From Octopus vulgaris (taxonomy: Eukaryota): a DNA stretch of 64,000 bases. Position numbers and translations under genes: made by a program. Shown one piece after another: positions 53,089 through 64,000 of the stretch (positions are counted from its first letter, which is position 1; each line of letters opens with the position of its first letter). Location: positions 94,984,001 to 95,048,000 of the forward strand of contig OX597824.1 of the NCBI GenBank assembly GCA_951406725.2. The letters run 5' to 3'. Under the pieces are notes generated by a model. The model did not search any database. It saw nothing but the letters and a program-made list of their open reading frames with translations, and was not told the DNA's origin.

Positions 53089-53089
<1 letters not shown>
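52503..53089 (+). mobile_element. Non-autonomous Helitron with internal tandem repeats
   Basis: 5' TC start after A, 3' hairpin CCCGAGCAACGCCGGG then CTAG before T, no TSD, inserted in (TA)n. About three ~90-100 bp internal units at ~52650-52935. Confidence 0.85.
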
Positions 53090-53138
<49 letters not shown>

Positions 53139-53892
53139 TTTCATACCTCATCAAGCAAATATCAACATCCACATTTTCGCACATGTCCAATATAATTACT
53201 CTCTTTCGACTAGGTCCTTTGCATGGGCAAAATGAAAGATTTGTTGTTCACTGGGACTTCAGGTTTTACCCCTGTAATGCCTCGTGCAGTTGAGTGATTG
53301 AATATTTGTTAAAATTTCCAGTTTTACAGATATTAACTTCACTATTTTCTGCACTGAAAATGATCAAATCAGATATAATACTTTCTATGATGGAGAATTT
53401 GGTAGATGCAATTCTATTTCGAAGAACCAAATGTTAGTAAGCTTTAAATATATTTGTTTGATTCAACTGTAATTATGTAGAGATATAGTGTTTCTTTGAT
53501 ATATATCATCATATGTCTATTGTCCATGCTGGCATGGGTTGGACGGTTTGCCCAGAGATGGCAAGCTGGAGGGCTGCACCAGGCTCCAATCTGATTTGGC
53601 ATGGTTTTCTGTGGCTGGACGTCCTTCCTAACACCACCACTCTGAGAGTGTAGTGGGTACTTTTATGTGCCACTGGCATGGGTACCATTTGCATGACACC
53701 AGTATCTACCATGAATGCAATTTTACTTGGCTTGATGGGTCTTCTCATGTATGGCAATGCCAAAGGTCTTGGTCATTGCTTCCTTGACGCCCAACATTCA
53801 AAAGGAACTCAGCCACTTTGCCTCTGTGAGGCCCAATGCTCGAAAGGAGCTCAGCCACTTTATTAGGGAAAGTTACTTTTCCAGAACATACA

Positions 53893-53973
53893 GGCTCTGA
53901 TGAAGCTATAGGATGTTATCCTGGTACTCAACTAAGGGTCCACCACATCTTGTCGCAGAAACAGCTGTAAGCT
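53893..53973 (+). ncRNA. Hammerhead ribozyme-like motif (Penelope-like) with a long helix II region
   Basis: ggct-CTGATGA-a-gc...gc-a-GAAA-C-AGCT-G-TA|agct. Palindromic helix III ACAGCTGT and 4 bp helix I with one GU. Helix II closure is weak. Confidence 0.5.
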
Positions 53974-55016
53974 AACGCAGTTCATAACATAACATTTGGT
54001 TTTTCTGATGTCATCTCTTTGTTTTCTGTATATATGTATGTGTGTGGTGAGAGAAAGACACAGAGAGAGTGAGAGAGAGTCAACAGGTGAGATCCAGAGA
54101 TGCTCAATATAGAAAACAGTAGCACTTAAATAATTTGAATTTACACTCCAAAACCTTTACTGAAGACTAAGCCTGTAGGTTAAGGAGTGGCTGTGAGAGG
54201 AATTCAGGTGAGCAGATATGGAGATAGTGAGGCAAATAAGCAAACATCTAGTCCAAGCACTTTTATTTGCTTATAAATAAATAAATAAATATATATATAT
54301 ATCGTAAAAACCCATACGCAGGTGATTTTTCAGGATAAAATTTATTAAATAAAAAGCTTCTACTCGTGTAAAATTTGCACCCAAAGTTTTCAGATTTGCT
54401 AATATGGCCAGGGGAGAAAAGGTTTTCAATTTAGTTGTATTTAGCATAATTTCACCTACTTATGATTAGATTTTATTAAATTTTCATTGAAAAATTTCTG
54501 TTTAACAGGTATCACATTGAAAGCTATTAAATTACGAAGTGTTTGTGTTGTTTATAATAAACTTTATTTTACATTTCTTGACCACAAAGGATTATGTCCA
54601 ATCTTTAGCATGTTGTTGAATGTCTTCTCAAATCAGGATCACAGGAAAAGTTATTGATAAGAGTTATCAACAAAAACAAAGCTGATTAATATGCACAGGT
54701 GTTGCAAATTATGTTAATTAACGGTTTTAGTAAATTTGCATAATACCATCCAGCATAAATAAAAGTCAACTTCGTTATATTTAAGTCATTATTTTTTCCG
54801 TAAAAAACTTTTCTGACATTAAATGAGTCAACTTCCGCTACAAATGTTTGTTTTGTATGTTTCTTCAACAACAACAGAAAAATAAATTTCTAAAACAATT
54901 CTTGAAATGATCTACTCATGTAATTTACGCAACCCTAAAGTATATTTTTATTTTTGCAAAAAATAATGCATAAATTACATGTGTTTTTACAGGATATCTA
55001 TATTTAATACATATAT

Positions 55017-55423
55017 AGGCGCAGGAGTGGCTGTGTGGTAAGTAGCTTGCTAACCAACCACATGGTTCCGGGTTCAGTCCCACTGCGTGGCATCTTGGGC
55101 AAATGTCTTCTGCTATAGCCCCGGGCCGACCAATGCCTTGTGAGTGGATTTGGTAGACGGAAACTGAAAGAAGCCTGTCGTATATATATATGTGTATATA
55201 TATGTGTATGTATGTTTTGTGTGTGTGTGTTTGTCCCCCTAGCATTGCTTGACAACTGATGCTGGTGTGTTTACGTCCCCGTCACTTAGCGGTTCGGCAA
55301 AAGAGACTGATAGAATAAGTACTAGGCTTACAAAGAATAAGTCCCGGGGTCGATTTGCTCGACTAAAGGCAGTGCTCCAGCATGGCCGCAGTCAAATGAC
55401 TGAAACAAGTAAAAGAGTAAAGA

Positions 55424-55424
<1 letters not shown>
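55017..55424 (+). mobile_element. SINE S1 (young, CpG largely intact)
   Basis: Near-identical to 744-1127. Confidence 0.9.
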
Positions 55425-55480
<56 letters not shown>

Positions 55481-55694
55481 GGGAGTGTGCAAAAGTAGGT
55501 ATACAGTAATGAAAAAAGAAAACACATACAATTAATTACACATTTATTTTCATCCCCAAAATTAAAAGTTACTATAAAAGTATTATAATAGTTATGACAA
55601 ATGTATTATTATGATTAATGACAGATGTGCTGATAATTTTAATTAATTAAATAGTATAACATTGATGTGGTACCTACTGTATACCCCCCTCCCC

Positions 55695-55732
<38 letters not shown>

Positions 55733-56871
55733 CCTTTTGATAAAAGTAGCCTCTTTTTGTAATTTTCTGGGTTCAGTTCCATTGCATGACACCTTGACTT
55801 GTATTACAGCTCTAGGCTGACCAGAGTCTTGCGAGTGGATTTAATAGGTGGAAACTGAAAGAAGCCCGTCGTATGTGTGTGTATGTGCATGCATTTGTTG
55901 GTGTCTTCTTGTCTTGAAATTGTGTGAATGTCGTAAATGAGTGTCACTGTCATACAAGTGGTGTTCGTCCTGTCCAATCTTCCATGAAAACATATCCATT
56001 AGTTAATCTAGGAACTAACTGTCCAATACTTGAGTTATTTCACAATTTCCACTCTCATCTCAATGTTTTTTCTTCTTCCTTCCATTTCTCACATAAAAAT
56101 ATTAACATACACACATACCTATTTCTTTACTACCCACAGGGGGCTAAACACAGAGAGGACAAACAAGGACAGACAAATGAATTAAGTCGATTATATCGAC
56201 CCCGAAAGGATGAAAGGCAAAGTCCACGTCGGCGGAATTTGAACTCAGAACGTAGTGGCAGTCGAAATACTGCTAAGCATTTCGCCTGACATGCTAACGA
56301 TTCTGCTAGCTCACCACCTTATTCTGCTGGATTCCCTTCCTGACACCAACCACTTTTCAGTTGTGCTGGGTGTTTTTACCTTCTTCATGCTACTGGAACT
56401 AATGAGGTTACCATATAACTTGTAAGAAAGGAAAAGAAAAGAAATGAAAAAAAAAAGTAGAGTTTATTATAAATGTGCTTTACATAATATGCAAAATATT
56501 TTATAGATACGCTCTTTAAATATGCTCTATTGATCAGAGTCTATTAAATTTAGATAATGTGGACTCTCTTGTCATAAACATCATGTGTGGGTTCTGCAAC
56601 TTCTTGCTGAACAACATTCACGGTTAATTTGTTTACAGTAAGCAAATGAGGTGCAATGGCCCAGTGGTTAAGGCAGCGGACTCGTGGTTTTGATTCCCAG
56701 ACCGGGCGTTGTGTGTGTTTATTGAGCCTGAGGCTAGGGAAGAAGACATTTTCTCAAGGTGCCCTGCAGTGGGACTGAACCTGAGACCATGTAGTTGCGG
56801 AGCATGCTTCTCACCCACACAACTATGCCTGAATATATATAGTTACATAATGAACAGGAGGAATATTCAAT

Positions 56872-56970
56872 ACAAATGTAGGTGTGTGTGTGTGTGTGAG
56901 TGAATATGTAGGTGTGTGTGTGTGTGTGAGTGAATATGTATGTGTGTGTGTGTGTGTGAGTGAATATGTA

Positions 56971-56990
<20 letters not shown>
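56872..56990. repeat. 30 bp minisatellite GAATATGTA(G/T)(GT)nGAGT
   Basis: About 4 units in exact 30 bp register. Confidence 0.9.
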
Positions 56991-57004
<14 letters not shown>

Positions 57005-57012
57005 CACACATG

Positions 57013-57312
57013 TGGAGGCGCAATGGCCCAGTGGTTAGGGCAGCGGACTCGCGGTCGTAGGATCGCGGTTTCGATTCCCAGACCGGGCATTGTGAGTGTT
57101 TATTGAGCGAAAACACCTAAAAGCTCCACGAGGCTCCGGCAGGGGGTGGTGATCCCTGCTGTATTCTTTCACCACTCTTTCTCCCACTCTTTCTTCTGTT
57201 GGCCTGCTCGCTTAGCCAGTGGGGTGGCGTCATTCAAAGGCTAAAACAATGCGAACGCATTGTGACCAGTGATGTGTAGCAACATCTGATGGCCTGGTCG
57301 GTCACATGATGA
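57013..57312 (+). mobile_element. SINE S3 variant (young)
   Basis: CpG-rich tRNA head followed by a GAGCGAAAACACCTAA..GCTCCACG body. Confidence 0.85.
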
Positions 57313-57724
57313 TATATATATATACATACATACATACACACACACAATCACATACACACTCACATGCATAGAGAAAGAGAGAGTTTAGTAACTATGAAAG
57401 CTGCTAGGAAATCAATTAGTTTAGGATATAAAAGCCTATTTATAGGCTTAAAACCTATTTAAATTAGCTGAATCCAATTTATAGCCAGCTTGTTCATTAG
57501 CTGTTCTTAACGAGCCTACTCCTCCCAAACAAAGAACACGAGAAGCTACACAAATGCCGAAGAGTGCCACGTTGCTCATCACTGGTAGATTGGCTGCCAG
57601 GCACCAAGCTTGATGAAAATTTGAGTCTCTAACGATAGTTTTTAATTAACTGCAAGTCCAAGCATGTTCTAATCCTATGAATATCTGTTAAACATATAAA
57701 TAGGCTTTCAGACAAACTGAACCG

Positions 57725-57768
57725 ATGTTAAACGAAGACTTGATATCAGCATGTTTAATTTGCGTGAG
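57725..57768 (+). CDS. MOB2: Candidate alternative MOB2 N-terminal exon (MLNEDLISACLICV-R)
   Basis: Open frame from ATG 57725 ending AG|gtataa, a phase-2 donor compatible with exon 2. In-frame stop upstream at 57701. A weak acceptor ctttcag|57712 would also make a 57 nt phase 2-2 cassette. Confidence 0.45.
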
Positions 57769-58093
57769 GTATAACATTTTATACGTCTGAGTAAATAAAG
57801 AAATTATTTTAGGCTTAAAGCTACAACAGAAACGGCTTTTTAAGGTAACTTAAAGCTTAAAATAATATCTTATATATTGACTTAAGGCTACATATCTTTA
57901 AAGATGGACATGGTCAAGTATTGTACACACGGTGTATGATAGGAAATTATTTCATTGATAACATTGAAGAAAATACATAGTTTTCTCTGATCAAATCTGA
58001 TCTCAGAATGTAGAGGGACAGAACTCGATTTAGAAAGGCTTTTAGTTTAGCCAGCTGTTGTTCCTACTCCTCTAATAACATCGTTACAATATG

Positions 58094-58136
<43 letters not shown>

Positions 58137-58596
58137 AGGGAGATAATATAGAGGTTTGATGCTGTGTTATTTCTAGCTGTCCACCACTTAGTCTTTTTCA
58201 TAACCTAAATTAATATATATGGAATGGTTTCTTTTTTTCCTTTCCTTTGCTTGCTGAGTTTGGAGAAAGGTGGTAGTAGCCATGGCTTTGACAGACTCTC
58301 GGACACTGGTCAGCTCAATGCCATTTATGTTCCACTTAAACTGTTGCAAAAAAAAAGATTCCAGGGGCCACTGTTCCAGGAAAGGACTTAGAACATGAAG
58401 CATGCAGTCCCACTGAGGAATGGAACCAGAACTTTGTAACCTTGTGCTTTTGTCTAGAATCATTGTGCTTGTCCCTTGTGTTTTTGTCCAAAGTTACTGG
58501 ACACACGCACCCCCACCCTATCACACATATACCATAAATTCATATGTATATATATATATATATATATATTTATTTATTGTTTGTTTGTTCTTTCAG

Positions 58597-58763
58597 GAAA
58601 GGGAGACGTAAAGACAAGGATTCTCCAAGCCCGCTTGTCCAAGATGAACAACGACAATATCTACAAGACCCTTGTGTCCAGGAGAGAATTATTCAAGCTG
58701 ATTTTGAAAAAATTGTTGATATTCCATTTAGTTTGGATTATTGCGAATGGTTAGCCACACATG
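58597..58763 (+). CDS. MOB2: MOB2 exon 2 (G)KGRRKDKDSPSPLVQDEQRQYLQDPCVQERIIQADFEKIVDIPFSLDYCEWLATH
   Basis: Pyrimidine tract plus tttcag| acceptor and CATG|gtaagt donor; 167 nt open frame. The 'V.(L/I)P..LD..EWLA.H' motif is the start of the MOB domain. The basic KGRRK...YL N-terminus matches the MOB2 subfamily (Drosophila Mob2 KARRKERD...LDYNEWLASH, from memory). Confidence 0.93.
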
Positions 58764-58868
58764 GTAAGTACTTTGATTGTTTTTTTATTATTTTAGTTGA
58801 TGCATTTAGGAGTACATGATTTAAACTGAAGGATATGTGATGTGAGGGAAATTTGGTTGGTATTTTAA

Positions 58869-59089
58869 CCCTTTCATTACCAACCCGGCCAAAACCACCT
58901 CTGGCTCTGTTGTACAAATGTCTTGTTTTCTTAAGTTTTGAATTAAAATCTTCTCCTAAACCTTAGTCACAATTTATGTTCCTAACACTAGCTTAATGGT
59001 AACTAAGTTATTTTACAAAATTTTTTGTTATATTTAAAATAATTGAAAGAAACACAGAGCATCTCAACAGAAATACGGTAATGAAAGGG
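58869..59089. mobile_element. piggyBac-type MITE P1 (opposite orientation)
   Basis: TIR CCCTTTCATTACC/GGTAATGAAAGGG with TTAA TSD. Confidence 0.88.
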
Positions 59090-60243
59090 TTAAGCAGATC
59101 ACTTGACCTTGCCCACCTGCCTCATTTTTTTCGTGGATATGTTTATGGTAGGGATTAAATTATCTCTAACTATACAACTAGCAAATAGAACAAAGGGCTC
59201 CTACTTTCTTTCTAACAATGGAGAATATAGCAAACACTTACTCGTTTTGTTTGCAGGTGTAATACAAGGTAGACATAAGATTTGAACCTGTGACTTTGTG
59301 GTTAATACTCCAGCTCTTTATACTCATCATAGCACACTGCTTCCCTTTCTATGTCAAATACTAATTGTTATTATTATTATTACTTCTCATAATAATTTGT
59401 GATAAGGGTAGTGGATGAGAGACTCAGTAAATCTTGTGATATCAACATTTCGTGTTTGGAACCAGGTGAAGTTCTCTTTCCTATTCTTCATTTCAAGATT
59501 GATAAAATAGGTACCAGTCAAGTACTGTAGTTGGTTATTAATCTGATACTTCCTTCCACCAAAATTTGGGGCTTTGTGCCTGTACAAACGACAGGAGGCA
59601 ATCCATCTAGGAGAGCAGTAACTCTAAATAACTGATACCAGATCAAAGCGACCCTTTAGTTCTTTATGATGTTGGGAGTATGATAAAAATGCATTCAGTC
59701 CATATTGTAAAGTAGGTCAGGAGAGGATGGTACCCTTTGGTACCAAATTTAGTACATGTTGCAAAATGATAAAGGACTACAACTGGAAGTGAGACCCATC
59801 CAACTAATGCACACCTGGAAAAAGGGACATAAAAATGAGGATTGTTGTTGTTCTTCTTACTTATTATTAGGATGGGTTTAGCATGCTGGGTGAAACACTT
59901 AGTGATATTTCGTCTGTTGTTCTGTTCTTAGTTCAAATTCCACCAAGGTTGACTTTGCCTTTCATCCTTTCGGGATCGATAAATTAAGTACCAGTTGTGT
60001 ACTGGGGTTGATCTAATTGACTGGCCCCCTCCCCCCAAATTTCGGGCCTTGTGCCTAGAGTAGAAGAGATTATTATTAGGACAATAGATAGGCATCATTA
60101 GACCATGGGACCAAAATGTTTTCTGATGTTTGTTCCAGCTCTTTGCATTCTGAGTTGAAATCCTGTTACGGTCAACTTTGCCTTTCATTCTTCTAGAGTT
60201 GATAGAATAAGAAACGGTCAAGTACTGGCATTGACATGGCTGT

Positions 60244-60550
60244 GGAGGCACATGGCCTAGTGGTTAGAGCAGTGGACTCGCGGTCGAGGGATTGCGGGTT
60301 TGAATCTCAGACCAGGCGATGTGTGTGTTTATGAGTGAAAACACCTAAGCTCCACGCGGCTCCAGCAGAAGATAATGGCGAAACTTCTGCTGACTCCTTC
60401 GCCACAACTTTCTCTCACTCTTTCCTCCTGCATCTTGCAGCTCACCTGCGATGGACCAGCCTCCCGTCCAGGTGGGGAACCTATACGCTAAGGAAACCGG
60501 GAAACTGGCCCTTATGAGCCAGGCATGGCTCGAAAAGGAACAAACAACAA
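60244..60550 (+). mobile_element. SINE S3 variant
   Basis: Middle resembles the 57013 copy, 3' part resembles the 32273 copy; (AAC)n tail. Confidence 0.82.
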
Positions 60551-60860
60551 TAAAAAAATTGACATGGCTGACTTTTGCCTCTTGCCAAAGTTTCTGATCT
60601 TCTGCTTATGTCAGCAACCACCATCATCGGCAGTAGCATTATCATCATCATTATCATTAATAAGGCAGCGAGCTGGCAGAATTGTTAGCACATTGAGGGG
60701 TGGAGGGGAACGCTTTGCAGCATTTCTTCCGACTTAACATTCTAAATTCAAACTGATAAATTAAGTACCAGTGAATCACTGGGGATGATGTAATCACTCA
60801 TCCCCTCTCCCAAAATTGTTGGCCTTGTGCCAAGATTTGAAACTGTTTATATTATTATTA

Positions 60861-61428
60861 TTGGGTTGTCCAGAAAGTTTGTGCCGATTTTTAAAGGAAA
60901 GAAAAAGGTCAATAAATACTTGCTATTACATTTTTAATCAACCAAATATGAACCATTTTGTTGCACAATGCGTCTCCATCTTTCCTTTAACTTGAAAGTA
61001 CCTTCTTCCCAGAATTGAAGTGGTTTCATGGCAAAGAATTCATCAAGGTATCCTTTTTATGTCATCCAAGGAATTGAAATTTTTACCATTAAGACTATTC
61101 TACAGAGACCTGAATAAGTGGAAATCCAAAGGAGCAATATCTGGTGAATATGGAGGGTGGGGTAACACATCCCTGCCAAACTGCAGCAATTTCTGTCTGG
61201 TTCCCAAAGCATCAAGTGCTGAAAATGAACTTTCTTATCTTCCATTTTAAAGGGTTACAGAATTAACACAGGTTATAGGAACATAAACCTTTTTTTCACG
61301 AAAAGATAGCTTAAACTGTGCTCTAAATGGAAGTGTAGTCAAATCCTATTTTATAGACTCAAACATGTTCTAAAATAAGTCGAAAGGTGAGCTACTATAA
61401 ATCGGTACGAACTTTTCGGACAACCCAA
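60861..61428 (-). mobile_element. Internally deleted mariner (DD34D) DNA transposon
   Basis: ~30 bp TIRs (TTGGGTTGTCCAGAAAGTTTGTGCCGATTT / AAATCGGTACGAACTTTTCGGACAACCCAA) with TA TSD. The - strand carries a transposase C-terminal remnant. Confidence 0.92.
60935..61210 (-). pseudogene. Mariner transposase C-terminal remnant
   Basis: Translates LGTRQKLLQFGRDVLPHPPYSPDIAPLDFHLFRSL*NSLNGKNF..., then after a frameshift YLDEFFAMKP...KLKERWRRIVQQNG. Contains the mariner YSPDLAP-type motif plus a stop and a frameshift. Confidence 0.88.
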
Positions 61429-61500
61429 TAGTAGTAGTAGTAGTGGCAGTAGTAGCAAAGATGGTAAGGTTCTGGACAAAATTCTTGATTGTGACTTTAA

Positions 61501-61721
61501 CCCTTTCGTTACCGTATTTATTTTGAGATGCTCTGTGTTTCTTTCAATTATTTTAAATACAACAAAGAATTTAGTAAAATATCTTAGTTATCATTAAGCT
61601 AGTATTAGGAATATAAATTGCAACTTAGGTTTGGTGGTATATTTTGATGCAAAACTTATGAAAACAAGACATTTGTACTACAGAGCCAGAGCCGTTTTTG
61701 GCCGGGTTGGTAACGAAAGGG
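61501..61721. mobile_element. piggyBac-type MITE P1
   Basis: Perfect 13 bp TIR CCCTTTCGTTACC/GGTAACGAAAGGG with TTAA TSD. Confidence 0.9.
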
Positions 61722-62940
61722 TTAATTTTTAGATTTATGGAGTACCAAACATTTCCAGAGTTTTGCAATCTAATCAGAAATACTTCTTGATTCGGTTAAT
61801 CAATGTATTTGTACTTGATAGATCTGGTCTCAATCCAATCAAATCTAATCCACCTCTATAAAAATTAACCTTGTGCTGCATTCAAAAGTAATCAATATTT
61901 TTACTTGAAAGGGAGTAGAGAAAAACCGAGGTCGTGGTTGTTGTTTTTGGCTGATTAATTTCAATTTTATGCACTGCAAAGTTGATCTGGCTTAATATTT
62001 CATTTCTGTTTTCTGGTTTTCCCCCCATTGTGTTTGACTTTGTTATTAACGCTGACTTCCTTCAGCTATCCTATCGCTTGTAGTTGTGAAGGGTTTCAAC
62101 TCCACTATCACAGACACCCTATTACATGCTATTGATCTATGGTGGACATATCATTTATCATGCAATGTCCAAGTGAACAAAGCTATTTGACTTTCAGTTC
62201 ATGACCTGTTAGTTCTGATATGTGACATTTTGGTGCCACGTATTTGGCATTGCTGATTTGATGCTGCCTTATTTGACATTAGATGTTGCAACATTTCTTT
62301 CATTCTCGCCATCCTTCTCTCTCTCTCTCTGTTTATGTGTGTGAGCACATTTCCTTTTATGCGTATGAGGAGAGGGAAACTGTTTGTGTCAACCACGTTC
62401 AATTAATCTCTCTCTCTCTCTCTCTGTATCTATATATTTATCTGTGTGTGTGTGTGTGTGTGTTTGCGTCCAGCAGCAAAAAGTACTGTTGCCAAAAACC
62501 AGCTGAATGTCCAGCCAGCCGTGCTGCCAAATCGTCTGTGTCCAGTCAGCCGCCTTAAATGGTATCAGTTCACATCTACCACAAACATTCTGCTGGGTCA
62601 CTATCTATACCCAGCTGGAAAACAGATACCAGAATTTTCCGGGGGAGCTACTTGCAGAGACATGCATATTACTGAAGGAGACATTTGTTTCATCTAGTTT
62701 CCACTACAGAAGCAAAAACTTTGTCACTATTGATTGACGCTTGTGGTTTGCGAAAAGGTTAACTAACAATCATGCTAGACCATCAGCAATATCCTATTTC
62801 ATTTGCTTTAATAATCTGTTAGAGTGTCACCACAGAAGGAACCAAAGTAGTACAAGAGTCATTTATCATTCTTTAATTCTTTTTTTTTGTTTTGTAACAT
62901 GAGGTCTTCATGAGAAATAGTATAAAATACTTTCTTTAAA

Positions 62941-63191
62941 CAATTGCAGCGTGGAAGGTGTTTATAAGCCATTTAAGAAACACACAAAAACCGTTAGATT
63001 CACTTCAACATTTAAATTTGTAAACATATTTGACGAAAATATTTTGAGAAATTAAATTTAAATGTTGAAGTGAATCTAACGGTTTTTGTGTGTTTCTTAA
63101 ATGGCTTATAAACACCTTCCACGCTGCAATTGTTTTCGTTCCAGCAAACGATCTCAGATCAGGTCACTTGCTATGCAAGTACATCTTCGTA
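62941..63191. mobile_element. Fold-back insertion with a perfect 82 bp inverted repeat and 12 bp TSD (Penelope-like architecture)
   Basis: 62938-63019 is the exact reverse complement of 63054-63135. Flanked by actttctttaaa at 62929-62940 and 63192-63203. The unpaired tail matches, in reverse complement, a fragment at ~30228-30280. Confidence 0.8.
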
Positions 63192-64000
63192 ACTTTCTTT
63201 AAAATTATTTTAATTGTAAAGTAACATACAGAATAACTGATTTTTGTTTTCGTTTGTTCAGGCATGAGATCTGTATTTTTACTTCTTAGTTTAAAAAGGA
63301 TCTGAAACTCATAATTGTCTTTCAACTTTCCTAAATCAAATAATGTAGTAACTGACTGATATCCTGCTTTGAGAAGAGCTGGTGTAGATCTTTCTTCACC
63401 TAAAGTATCCTTGCTGGCTGCCCTTAAAAATTCTGATCTGAAATGCCAAATGTGATATCTGAGGTCCTCATTTTCTTTCTGTTTACATTTCTACTTGGTT
63501 TCTTGTTTCTGGGCTTACTGACATCAAAACCCTGACAGAGCAGGGGTGGGGAAGGGGATTCCAATTTCCTCCTGATGTTCTAGAATCTTCAAAATATACA
63601 TAAACTCCCCCTGTGAGAGGGTAAATACGAGTCGGCTGCTTCTTCTTGAACAGCTGTAGTCAGTTCTATAATTGTAGACCCAGGGAAAAGAATCAACTGA
63701 TTGACTGTCTTAAAAGGATTCGTTTACTCTTCATTTTGGTCATACTATACGTAAAAACCGAAACCCTATACTCTCCATTTTAAATATATAAGGTGTAGCT
63801 GCGATATTCAGTCTGTGTAGAAGCTCCCTCGGTACCTGCAGTCGATTAGTTCCACTAGTTACATTACCCTGGCATCAACACTTTCCTGTTGAATATTTCT
63901 GATGGTTAGAAACATGATTATCGAAGAATCCCCTTAGCCCAGTAGTTTTCATTCTGATGTCACGGTTCACTGGAAATCAGGTAAAAGAATTACAGTGCAC

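Noticed and set aside
54303-54930. Possible old DNA transposon with degenerate CGTAAA...TTTACG ends
   Set aside because: End similarity is too weak and no TSD or ORF was recognised.
57013-57090. tRNA-like heads of S1, S2 and S3 as tRNA genes
   Set aside because: No closed acceptor stem and they continue into SINE bodies. Only 48752-48823 folds as a full tRNA.
59257-59268. 12 nt phase 1-1 microexon candidate (tttgcag|GTGTAATACAAG|gtagac)
   Set aside because: Weak donor, and it would insert into a conserved MOB-domain helix. No true MOB2 exon 3 (..FF..(I/V)NL.Y..ISEFC) was found in the window.

Overview
AT-rich, repeat-dense animal genomic DNA. The repeat content (tRNA-derived SINEs, RTE tails, microsatellite load) points to an octopus or other coleoid cephalopod; this is an inference. 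The window holds the 5' part of one protein-coding gene, a MOB2 (MOB kinase activator 2) homologue on the + strand. Coding exon 1 (MDWFMG, 2452-2468) splices in phase across a ~56.1 kb intron to exon 2 (58597-58763); later exons lie beyond the window. There is a candidate alternative first or cassette exon at 57712/57725-57768. The intron contains a tRNA-Glu(TTC) gene on the - strand, three SINE families, RTE and CR1 LINE 3' ends, piggyBac-type and hAT-type MITEs, two Helitrons and a HINE. An internally deleted mariner lies downstream of exon 2. Nearly all ORFs in the supplied track are repeat or microsatellite artefacts. The most notable finding is a set of minimal type I hammerhead ribozyme (HHR) motifs with palindromic helix III (Penelope-like type) in unrelated sequence contexts. 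One sits exactly at the apex of a ~400 bp fold-back element. Also notable are TSD-flanked fold-back insertions, SINE insertions flanked by ~100 bp direct repeats, and local inverted duplications that would form dsRNA in the pre-mRNA. All alignments and folds were done by eye and repeat boundaries are approximate.
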